Position numbers and translations under genes: made by a program. A stretch of 35,452 nt of DNA. It comes from Eubacteriales bacterium (lineage in GTDB: Bacteria; Bacillota; Clostridia; Christensenellales; CALMFG01). Each line of letters opens with the position of its first letter. Positions within the stretch are counted from its first letter, which is position 1. Positions 27,733-34,963 of this stretch are shown piece after piece. Location of the stretch: contig JBFLKV010000202.1 in NCBI GenBank assembly GCA_040883365.1, positions 1 through 35,452 of the forward strand, written 5' to 3'. The notes below the pieces were generated by a model. It saw nothing but the letters and a program-made list of their open reading frames with translations. It was not told the DNA's origin and ran no database searches.

Positions 27733-27767
27733 AAAAAAACGCTTTGGTTCTCCAAAGCGTTTTTTTA
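27733..27767. terminator. bidirectional rho-independent terminator
   Basis: AAAAAAACGCTTTGG-TTCT-CCAAAGCGTTTTTTT, a perfect stem with A/T runs on both sides. It lies between the convergent SleB-like and rubredoxin genes. Confidence 0.88.
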
Positions 27768-27769
27768 TT

Positions 27770-27928
27770 TTACTCAAGTTCAAACGCATCCTTAGCAGCA
27801 CCACAGAGCGGACAAACCCACTCATCACTGATTTCGCTAAAAGGTGTTCCTGGTGCTACCCCATTATCAGGATCGCCAACTTCTGGGTCATAAACATAAC
27901 CACAGATTGTACATACATACTTGTCCAT
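27770..27928 (-). CDS. rubredoxin (52 aa; below the ORF-track length cutoff)
   Basis: Reverse complement reads [52 protein letters not shown], with both CxxCG knuckles and the conserved YxP/W core. AAGGAGG SD lies 5-6 nt upstream of ATG 27928. Confidence 0.93.
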   Translation of the reverse strand: MDKYVCTICGYVYDPEVGDPDNGVAPGTPFSEISDEWVCPLCGAAKDAFELE

Positions 27929-27965
27929 AGAATCCTCCTTTAATCATATTTTAATGCTTAAATAT

Positions 27966-28163
27966 TTAAGCAAAATACTCATTTAGCTTTTTAATGAGTT
28001 CCTCAACTTCGACACCGTGTACAGCCGAAGCTTCCTCTAATGTTTCGCCGGAAGATACCGGGCAACCAATGCAGTGCATGCCAAATTCAAAGAACACCGG
28101 CGCGCAATTCATATCAATATCGATCACCTGTTTAATTGTCATATCTTTTGTAATTGTAGCCAT
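27966..28163 (-). CDS. DUF1858 / hybrid-cluster-protein-associated redox disulfide domain protein
   Basis: ITKDMTIKQVIDIDMNCAPVFFEFGMHCIGCPVSSGETLEEASAVHGVEVEELIKKLN, with the typical GMxCxGCP motif. Confidence 0.8.
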   Translation of the reverse strand: MATITKDMTIKQVIDIDMNCAPVFFEFGMHCIGCPVSSGETLEEASAVHGVEVEELIKKLNEYFA

Positions 28164-28216
28164 ATTTTAATTCTCCTTTTATCTTATTAATGTAATCGTC
28201 CCTACTCGCCTCGATT

Positions 28217-28603
28217 CTATGTTTTGCGAGTAAAAACGTTACCGCATTTTGAACATCTCACCTTGACCGTGCCCTTATACCGCGGTACGCGCAGTTTCTG
28301 CTTACATTTTGGGCACCGAAAGACTTTATAAAACTTTCTTTCATTATACCTATTTTTTGCTTTTATAAAAGGTCTTTTTACCGCATTCCACACTTTCATA
28401 AACGCAATGTTTTCTCTTCTACGCTTGGGTAAGTTCTTTGACAACATACGAAAGAAAACCCAGCCAATCAAAAGCCAACTGGCTATCGTAAACGCAAGGT
28501 GGTTTATGAGTGACAGCGGAATGGATAGTACCATCAAGAAAAGGCCCAGTTGGTCCGGACCGTTACGTCCATAAAAAAATTGTTGTAACTTCTGCCTAAA
28601 CAT
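28217..28603 (-). CDS. membrane protein with C-terminal zinc-ribbon
   Basis: AGGAG SD. Two TM segments (LGLFLMVLSIPLSLI, FTIASWLLIGWVFF) are followed by CPKC-x19-CSKC (FRCPKCKQKLRVPRYKGTVKVRCSKCGNVF). Confidence 0.7.
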   Translation of the reverse strand: MFRQKLQQFFYGRNGPDQLGLFLMVLSIPLSLINHLAFTIASWLLIGWVFFRMLSKNLPKRRRENIAFMKVWNAVKRPFIKAKNRYNERKFYKVFRCPKCKQKLRVPRYKGTVKVRCSKCGNVFTRKT

Positions 28604-28728
28604 CTTCTGCTCCTAAGGTGTAAAAATCATTTTCTATTAAAATTCTTAAAAAACCAACCAATCACTTAGTGGCTCAAAATTTATTTTAGCAAAACCTTAT
28701 TAAAAAATAAATCGTTTTCACGTATAAT

Positions 28729-29472
28729 TCATAAACTATTATCAATCGGCCTAAGTGCGATATCCCCCACAGCGGCCATCGCATCACCGATTATCGCTAC
28801 AGCGCCCAAAATTCCTTTGATCGAAAAGATCTCTTCCACAGCAGGTTTCAAATCTGCTTCGGTTTTTATCATGTTGCCCAGCCGGGTGGCACACGCATCG
28901 GCCAGCAAAACATCCCGGCTGACACACAGGGCCAAATCAGCTTTACCGTAGCTCAGCGAATGGCCAAACGTCCCGGCCGAAGCACATACACCCAAGGGTG
29001 GGTCTGCGTTTTCAAGTGCCAAGCTTAGTTTCATGCTCAAGGGTGACTTCCCCGCATAAAGCGCAATGGTACGCGGCCTTTTGGACCAAACCAGAGTATC
29101 TCCGCCATTTTCGACGATTAGCTCCTGCGTGATATCTTGAACCGCTTCAAAAGCCGTTTGGCAAAACGCTCCTGCCACCGTGGCCATCGGTCCGACATCC
29201 GCTTTTTCTGCCGCCTTACACATGCGCATCATCATATCATCTTCGATATTATTATACCCAACAGGTATTAACGAACGATGAAATTCGGGATTGTTTGCAA
29301 TATGTTCATCCAACGTTTGTCGAAAACCTTTGACCGCAGAAAGAATCGTTTGGCTTAAGTCTGTTTTTGATCCAATAAAAAGATCGGTCTCCATCATATT
29401 TACACGGTAGAAGACCAAATCTTTAGCGGTAACTCGTTTTCTATATACTTCACGGTCGGAGTATACGTCCAT
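28729..29472 (-). CDS. UPF0280 (COG2122, ApbE-like) family protein
   Basis: YRKRV...DLVFYRVNMMETDLFI N-terminus, size ~245 aa, and conserved position immediately after the COG1900 and NIL-ferredoxin genes. Confidence 0.75.
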   Translation of the reverse strand: MDVYSDREVYRKRVTAKDLVFYRVNMMETDLFIGSKTDLSQTILSAVKGFRQTLDEHIANNPEFHRSLIPVGYNNIEDDMMMRMCKAAEKADVGPMATVAGAFCQTAFEAVQDITQELIVENGGDTLVWSKRPRTIALYAGKSPLSMKLSLALENADPPLGVCASAGTFGHSLSYGKADLALCVSRDVLLADACATRLGNMIKTEADLKPAVEEIFSIKGILGAVAIIGDAMAAVGDIALRPIDNSL

Positions 29473-29474
29473 GA

Positions 29475-29888
29475 TTATACTTCATCATCGAAGAAAGTGA
29501 TAGCCCGTACCGGACATGCTTTTACGCAATGTCCGCACAGCAGGCAAAGCTCCATATCAAACTTTAAGAGGTAATCCGGTGCGCTCATGGTCAACGCTTT
29601 GGATGGGCAAACCCCCACACACGCGCCACATTCCACGCACTGCTCTTCATATCGGATAACCGAATCAGTATAGATTATCACTTCCAGTTTTTCTTTATCA
29701 AGATAATCCAACGCTTCTTCAACGTCCTCATCCTTGCCGGAAAGCTCTAACGTCATCTTGCCCTGCTTACCACCCGATATTGATGCTTTTAAAATATTCA
29801 CCACAATATTGTGGTGCTTGACCATATCAGTAATCAGTGGCTTATCCGCGGTATCAGGAGGAAACAAAAGTGCAATTTTCTTTTTCAT
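29475..29888 (-). CDS. NIL domain + 2x[4Fe-4S] ferredoxin protein (MA1822-like)
   Basis: The N-terminal ~75 aa is NIL-like (PLITDMVKHHNIVVNILKASI). It is followed by CVECGACVGVCP and CLLCGHCVKACP. Confidence 0.85.
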   Translation of the reverse strand: MKKKIALLFPPDTADKPLITDMVKHHNIVVNILKASISGGKQGKMTLELSGKDEDVEEALDYLDKEKLEVIIYTDSVIRYEEQCVECGACVGVCPSKALTMSAPDYLLKFDMELCLLCGHCVKACPVRAITFFDDEV

Positions 29889-31051
29889 TATCTATCCTCC
29901 CCAATCATCGTCATCGGCTTAAATGTGTTATCTTTGGGTAGCGGTGCCACGGGTTGAGTCAGCATAAATTCGCCGCTTTTCACCAGCGTTTTTATCCTAT
30001 CGGCAATCGCTCTGGCTTTACTGATGCTGGAAAGCGAAGCGGTTTTCACCATCTTACCATTCACTTCAACGCTTCCGCTTCGAAGCTCGGCATAAGACAC
30101 CCGTTTTAACTGGGGTTTTTTCAATAACCCAAGGCCATAATCGTATATGTGCGTATATAGTTCATCATCGCGTTTTGCAAGCTGCGCCATCAAATCCGCA
30201 TCCAATACCGGTATCGGAATTCCCATGCCAATAAAGATGGTCGTACCGTAGTTTTCCATCACAGCCGCTCGGATAAACTCAGGGCTCATCTGCTTTAAAT
30301 CCCCAATCAGCGCCAATGTTTGTCCCGAATACATCTCCGCCCCGTCTTCAAAAGTCTCGTGACTTCTGACCGACTGTGTGCCTTCCCACGCGACATAACC
30401 AATCGCGCCGCCAAGGAAAATACGCGTACCCACGCCGATAGTCCGAAGTTCGGGGTCTTTCAGCAAAGGCGAGAGCTGACCGGATGTGGCATACATCACG
30501 TTACCGAAGCTTGGCAATACACAGCCCATATAGGTAAATTTCTTTTTATCTGTCGAGTTTGTTGCGGCCGCATAGTTTTGATACGCATTGCGCGGATTAA
30601 ACATATAGGCCTGATTCATATTGTCCAATGATACTTTTGCTGTCACTTCTTTACGTGGGTAGCAATCGGTGGTGAAGCCCTTGGCTTTCAGCGTCACTTC
30701 TTTTCCCCGCAGTAAGTCTTCAATCACATGCGCCCCACCATAGTTGATGCCGCGATCCACCGAGGGTTCGGCTGCACCGACATATGTGTCCACAGCGGCC
30801 AATCCGCCCGAAGCGGGTACGCCATTGAGCTCCAATTGTGCCATTTTGATAGGCGGATCCGCGTGCCCGAAGTTTAGGAAAACACCCGAAGAACACATGG
30901 GGCTGAAGGTGGCCGTGGTTACCACGTCCACCTCATCCGCCAGCTGTTCTATGCTTTTTGTTTTTGCGAGGTCTGCCACCTCATCGGCCGTGAGCACCAC
31001 AGCCGTGCCTTGCTTGATTTTTTCGTTAATTTCGTCAAATGATTTTGCCAT
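29888..31051 (-). CDS. COG1900/DUF39 homocysteine biosynthesis protein (MA1821-like)
   Basis: N-terminus MAKSFDEINEKIKQGTAVVLTADEV, length ~387 aa, and a stop that overlaps the NIL-ferredoxin start (TAATG). GGAG SD. Confidence 0.8.
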   Translation of the reverse strand: MAKSFDEINEKIKQGTAVVLTADEVADLAKTKSIEQLADEVDVVTTATFSPMCSSGVFLNFGHADPPIKMAQLELNGVPASGGLAAVDTYVGAAEPSVDRGINYGGAHVIEDLLRGKEVTLKAKGFTTDCYPRKEVTAKVSLDNMNQAYMFNPRNAYQNYAAATNSTDKKKFTYMGCVLPSFGNVMYATSGQLSPLLKDPELRTIGVGTRIFLGGAIGYVAWEGTQSVRSHETFEDGAEMYSGQTLALIGDLKQMSPEFIRAAVMENYGTTIFIGMGIPIPVLDADLMAQLAKRDDELYTHIYDYGLGLLKKPQLKRVSYAELRSGSVEVNGKMVKTASLSSISKARAIADRIKTLVKSGEFMLTQPVAPLPKDNTFKPMTMIGEDR

Positions 31052-31095
31052 TATTTCTCCTTGTATATCTGTCTAAATCCTGCTGCCGGCATCGA

Positions 31096-31452
31096 TCATT
31101 TAACTTCCATCCAGTAGCCGTCAGGATCGACGACGAAATATACTCCTATATCTTTATTCTCATAACAGATGCAGTGCATCTCTTGATGTCTCTCGTGTGC
31201 GGCCTCAAAATCCTCGGCCTCAAAGCATATATGCGTTTCATTGCTGCCAAGATCATATGGCTCCTTTTGCTCTCGCAGCCAAGTCAGTTCAATCATATAG
31301 TCCGAGTGCGGCGCTTTTAGAAAAGCCAGTTTATAACGCTTGCTGTTCGATTCCTTGGTCTTTACAACTTCCATATCAAATGCGCGTCTGTAAAAATCAA
31401 TACTTTTGTCCATGTCCATGACATTGATATTCGTATGGTCAATCTTAAACAT
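31096..31452 (-). CDS. VOC family protein (glyoxalase I-like)
   Basis: IDHTNINVMDMDKSIDFYRRAFDMEV...HICFE...DPDGYWMEV. AGGAGGG SD. Confidence 0.8.
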   Translation of the reverse strand: MFKIDHTNINVMDMDKSIDFYRRAFDMEVVKTKESNSKRYKLAFLKAPHSDYMIELTWLREQKEPYDLGSNETHICFEAEDFEAAHERHQEMHCICYENKDIGVYFVVDPDGYWMEVK

Positions 31453-31464
31453 AATCCCTCCTAG

Positions 31465-32190
31465 TCATAAGGCCAGGCACAATTGGGCTCCCCGTCTCGG
31501 GATTGCCCAGATAGCCGTATCCTTGCTTTCATACTTTTCTTTGAACGCCTCAATTTTGTCAAAACGATTTTGAAAATGCATGGGCACAAAGACCGAAGGG
31601 GCCAGCGTCTCAATCATACGCTGCGCACCTCTATCCCCATTCTCCCCCATACGATAATCGCAAGGGAAGAACATCACATCAATCCGCTCACCTTCGTCTT
31701 CAAGCGTGCTTAAAACTCTCATAAAATCCTTTTCGGCTTTGGAGATAAATGCGTCGTCCGCTTCTTTCTCCCAATGCCAAAAATTAAGATCGCCCGCGTG
31801 AAAAAAAGTTTTTCCTTCGGCTTTAACCAGAAAAGATATACCAATGTCTGTCGAACCAAAGGCCTTAACAAATATGCCTTCGTCCTTATAGACATCACCT
31901 TTTCCTAAGTGGATGATGCTATCGCTTTTGCTCTCAACATCGTTGTCAAAAATGTAGCGTATCCCTGGGTTGTGTTTTTGCCATGTCAGAATGCTCTTGT
32001 TGTAATGGTCATAGTGGTTGTGCGAAGCAAACACATACGTGTTGCCCTGTCCGGTGATGTCCTCCTGCGTCACCAGTCCGTTATCCAGCGTTTTTGGGCC
32101 GTCTGCACGTACGTTATAGTAATCAAAAACCATCGTGGTCTTTGAAAGTGCAACGTGAAAGCCTGAGTTGTCCAAATACGTGATTACCAT
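31465..32190 (-). CDS. MBL-fold metallo-hydrolase
   Basis: VFASHNHYDHYN (HxHxDH), with later HAGD and PMHF ligands. Confidence 0.8.
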   Translation of the reverse strand: MVITYLDNSGFHVALSKTTMVFDYYNVRADGPKTLDNGLVTQEDITGQGNTYVFASHNHYDHYNKSILTWQKHNPGIRYIFDNDVESKSDSIIHLGKGDVYKDEGIFVKAFGSTDIGISFLVKAEGKTFFHAGDLNFWHWEKEADDAFISKAEKDFMRVLSTLEDEGERIDVMFFPCDYRMGENGDRGAQRMIETLAPSVFVPMHFQNRFDKIEAFKEKYESKDTAIWAIPRRGAQLCLAL

Positions 32191-32231
32191 ACGCTCACCA
32201 AAATGCTCTGGATTTGCCTATCTTTTTGGTT

Positions 32232-32260
32232 ATTATATCATGAGATGCCAAAATTGCCAG
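32232..32260 (-). promoter_or_regulatory. putative sigma-A promoter for the MBL-VOC-COG1900-NIL/Fd-UPF0280 operon (CTGGCA-17nt-TATAAT)
   Basis: Minus strand reads CTGGCA ATTTTGGCATCTCATGA TATAAT, about 40 nt upstream of ATG 32190. The -35 overlaps a 9-10 bp inverted repeat (32246-32255 / 32273-32282). Confidence 0.45.
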
Positions 32261-32302
32261 CGGGTTAAATAAATTTTTGGCAGAAAGATTGATTTATATT
32301 CG

Positions 32303-32632
32303 CTAAAGCTCGGTTAAATAATCCATGCCAAAAGACACCACCAAAAGCAGCCCATCATCATCACCATAAATATTAAACTTAGTCGCCAGTTCCTCCTTGT
32401 CGCGATAGTGGCATCGGTCATAAAACGCCTTCTCCCAACTTTGGGTATCATAAACACCTGATTGACGGCGATAAACCTGATTGACCGGATATCGCTCGGC
32501 AATATACGACACCACGCGCTGGTTCTCCATCTCACTTAATATCTTCCATGTGGGCTCGAATGCATGCCGAGAAACCAGCCCCAGCACTTCCATCATAAAT
32601 TCCTTTAATCCATAAAAACCGCTGTACACCAT
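32303..32632 (-). CDS. hypothetical protein (109 aa), no recognisable family
   Basis: A strong SD (AAGGAAGG) lies 8 nt upstream of ATG 32632. It is flanked by a terminator upstream and a stem-loop downstream, so it looks monocistronic. Confidence 0.6.
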   Translation of the reverse strand: MVYSGFYGLKEFMMEVLGLVSRHAFEPTWKILSEMENQRVVSYIAERYPVNQVYRRQSGVYDTQSWEKAFYDRCHYRDKEELATKFNIYGDDDGLLLVVSFGMDYLTEL

Positions 32633-32690
32633 TTTTTGCGCCTTCCTTTTTTCTTACATTCTAAACAAATAGGCGTCCCAAAAAGGGTAC

Positions 32691-32725
32691 AAAAAAAGCA
32701 AAGGCGAATTCACCCTTGCTTTTTT
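32691..32725. terminator. rho-independent terminator closing the CotH-VTC-DUF4956 operon
   Basis: AAAAAAA-GCAAAGG-CGAATTCA-CCCTTGC-TTTTTT, with one mismatch in the stem and A/T runs on both sides. Confidence 0.7.
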
Positions 32726-32747
32726 GTAACTGTTTATATCTGGCTAG

Positions 32748-33425
32748 TTACCCTACCACATCGCCGGCATAGGATATAAGCGAAGCATCATTGACGCCGT
32801 GAATGTCCGCAATGGTTTCCACCACCGCAAAATCGGCTTCACGAACACTCATTTCAATGGTCAGCTCAATAAGCCCATTGGACACGGTCTTGGATTTTAG
32901 ATTGCCCTGTGGTAGCTTTCTCAGCGCATTCTGCACTTCGGTTTTTGCATCTTTGGTAAAGGACAAAATCAAAAGATACGGACGATCTTTCTTGAACTTA
33001 AACATGGAAAGAATCAGCATCAGCGCCGCAATCACCAAAACGCCAAGCCCCGCCATAGCATACTGTCTGGCGCCCAGGGTCAGGCCGGTGGCAATGCCCC
33101 AAAACATGAAAATGGTATCCATCGGCTCTTTGACCGCTGTTCTGAAACGGACGATGGACAACGCACCCACCGCACCCAAGGACAGCACCACGTTGGTGGA
33201 GATGGGCATAATAATCATGGCCGTAACCATGGTGATCATAATCAGCGATGCCGCAAAGTTTTTAGAAAACATCACGCCGCTGAACGTACGCTTATAAACC
33301 CAGTAGACGATTAGTCCGCAAACAAAGCTTAAAGCCAAAGTCAGCAGAACCGACTGAATGCTTAGATCAGATGATAGAGAAAAATCCTCTAAGACACTAT
33401 TTTTAATGACATCTTGTGTAGACAT
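32748..33425 (-). CDS. DUF4956 family integral membrane protein
   Basis: 4-5 TM segments. Hallmark LSLGAVGALSIVRFRTAVKEPMDTIFMFWGIATGL. C-terminal soluble ~75 aa. Confidence 0.8.
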   Translation of the reverse strand: MSTQDVIKNSVLEDFSLSSDLSIQSVLLTLALSFVCGLIVYWVYKRTFSGVMFSKNFAASLIMITMVTAMIIMPISTNVVLSLGAVGALSIVRFRTAVKEPMDTIFMFWGIATGLTLGARQYAMAGLGVLVIAALMLILSMFKFKKDRPYLLILSFTKDAKTEVQNALRKLPQGNLKSKTVSNGLIELTIEMSVREADFAVVETIADIHGVNDASLISYAGDVVG

Positions 33426-33469
33426 AAAACTTCACCATTTCCTTCTTTAAAATTATATCATTTTATTAT

Positions 33470-34960
33470 TTACGCTTCATACTTGCGGCACAACGCATAT
33501 TTAGATATGGCCGAGCGTTGAGACGCTTTCGCGTTGTTTAAAACTGCAATCAGATAATCCGGCAAACCGTGCTGGAACTTGACTTCCATCACCACCATAC
33601 CCGGCTTTAATACCGTCGCCAGCGGCACTTTATCGTCAAACATATCCGTCGCGTTTCGACCGGTTTTTACCGTCTTATCAAAAGTTATGCGCAAGTTTTT
33701 AATGGGATGCACATAAGCTTCGCGGACATAGTCGACAATCACCATGGGTTTTAGTCTCTTGGTCTTCACCTCATAGTAAAAATCTTTTGCCAGCTGATTA
33801 TTCTTCTTTAAAAGAAAACCAAGATCCTCTGCAATAATTTTTTCATACTCAGCCCGGGTCAGTCGTAAGCTGTCCTTGCTGATATAGTCTTTATCCTTGT
33901 TTTTGCGTTCCAGACGAATCATATCGTCCTTTAAGCCATATATGCGAATACGGTACTTTTTGCGCTTTTCCACGCCCGCCAGTTTTTCCACTAGCGCCGA
34001 ATTTTTAAAATCATCAAAATACAAAGATCGTATATAATAGTCGCCGTCTTCGCCCGCATTTTCATCATGCTTAAGCAAGCGATTTAGCTGAGCTGAAAGC
34101 AATTGATAATCCGCCTCTGAGATATAGTACTTAAGCTCATGGCGATAGACTTTCTCGGAGTCCGCCCGCAGCGAACGACTGGCTCGTGAAGGCGTCCTCG
34201 GTGCTAACGGCTTTTTCTCCCCTGCCGCTTCTAACGATCGGATGTGCACATCCTGCGCCTCCGCTTGCGCTGCCAGCGTTGCATCGTCATACTTGGGTTT
34301 TTCTTGCCCTTTGGTACGGAGCATGGGCCGAATGGTTTCCAGCGCTTCGGTATTGTCGTCTTCCCTCTTTTTGGGCGCTTCTACTATATCCTTGGCCAAA
34401 AGTGCTTTTAGCGCTTCTTTATCCAGTGTATCCGTTTTTTTCGGCTGCGGTTCTGGTTTCGACTTTTTCACCAGCTTAGCTTTTTCGCGCACGATGACCG
34501 GCGTTTCCACCAAATCCTCAAACAGTGCATCTCGCTTTTTCAGTTCCAGCGTCTGCTCTAATGGCTTTTCGCCTTTCTTGGTAATCACCACCTTGGGCGC
34601 ATCACTGCGCTCCACCGCAATCAGCGGCTCATCAGTTTCCACCTTGGGCTGTGGCTTTTCTTTCTGCCGATTCAACGCCTCGGGTTTAAACTCTGTTTTG
34701 CCTTTTTTCACTTGAATACGGGGTTTCTCAGCAAAGCCTTTTTCCTGCCATAGCTGCTCTTTTCGCGCCTTGGCTTCGGCCTTCTTTTTCCGCTCTTCCT
34801 CAAGCATCGCCTCAATATGCGCCTGGGCTTCGGCATGCCGTTCTTCCGCTTTTTGGGCGCGGCGCTCTGCACGCGCTTCAGGCGAATCCTGTGCCTTATC
34901 AGCCCGTTTTTTCTTAAAATAGCTGGATGATTTTATATCGATATCTTTCTTTTTTGCCAT
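33470..34960 (-). CDS. VTC-domain (polyphosphate-polymerase-like, triphosphate-tunnel) protein with ~270-aa Lys/Glu-rich N-terminal extension
   Basis: C-terminal 226 aa: YRHELKYYIS...YYIRSLYFDDF...RKKYRIRIYG...RLERKNKD...VMEVKF (VTC/CYTH-like strand pattern). The N-terminus is low-complexity K/E/A/P-rich. Confidence 0.8.
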   Translation of the reverse strand: MAKKKDIDIKSSSYFKKKRADKAQDSPEARAERRAQKAEERHAEAQAHIEAMLEEERKKKAEAKARKEQLWQEKGFAEKPRIQVKKGKTEFKPEALNRQKEKPQPKVETDEPLIAVERSDAPKVVITKKGEKPLEQTLELKKRDALFEDLVETPVIVREKAKLVKKSKPEPQPKKTDTLDKEALKALLAKDIVEAPKKREDDNTEALETIRPMLRTKGQEKPKYDDATLAAQAEAQDVHIRSLEAAGEKKPLAPRTPSRASRSLRADSEKVYRHELKYYISEADYQLLSAQLNRLLKHDENAGEDGDYYIRSLYFDDFKNSALVEKLAGVEKRKKYRIRIYGLKDDMIRLERKNKDKDYISKDSLRLTRAEYEKIIAEDLGFLLKKNNQLAKDFYYEVKTKRLKPMVIVDYVREAYVHPIKNLRITFDKTVKTGRNATDMFDDKVPLATVLKPGMVVMEVKFQHGLPDYLIAVLNNAKASQRSAISKYALCRKYEA

Positions 34961-34963
34961 CGT

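Noticed and set aside
27580-27828. 82-aa minus-strand ORF from the track.
   Set aside because: It runs antisense through the SleB-like gene 3' end and across the bidirectional terminator, and off-frame through the rubredoxin gene 3' end. The rubredoxin frame explains the region far better.
32191-32302. I looked for a SAM/S-box or other riboswitch upstream of the homocysteine operon.
   Set aside because: The leader is only ~40 nt after the best promoter. The single stem-loop present lacks the multi-helix architecture and conserved S-box elements.
34186-34715. 97-aa and 157-aa plus-strand ORFs.
   Set aside because: They are antisense to the compositionally biased (AAG/GAA/GCN-rich) N-terminal extension of the VTC gene, and long open antisense frames are expected there.
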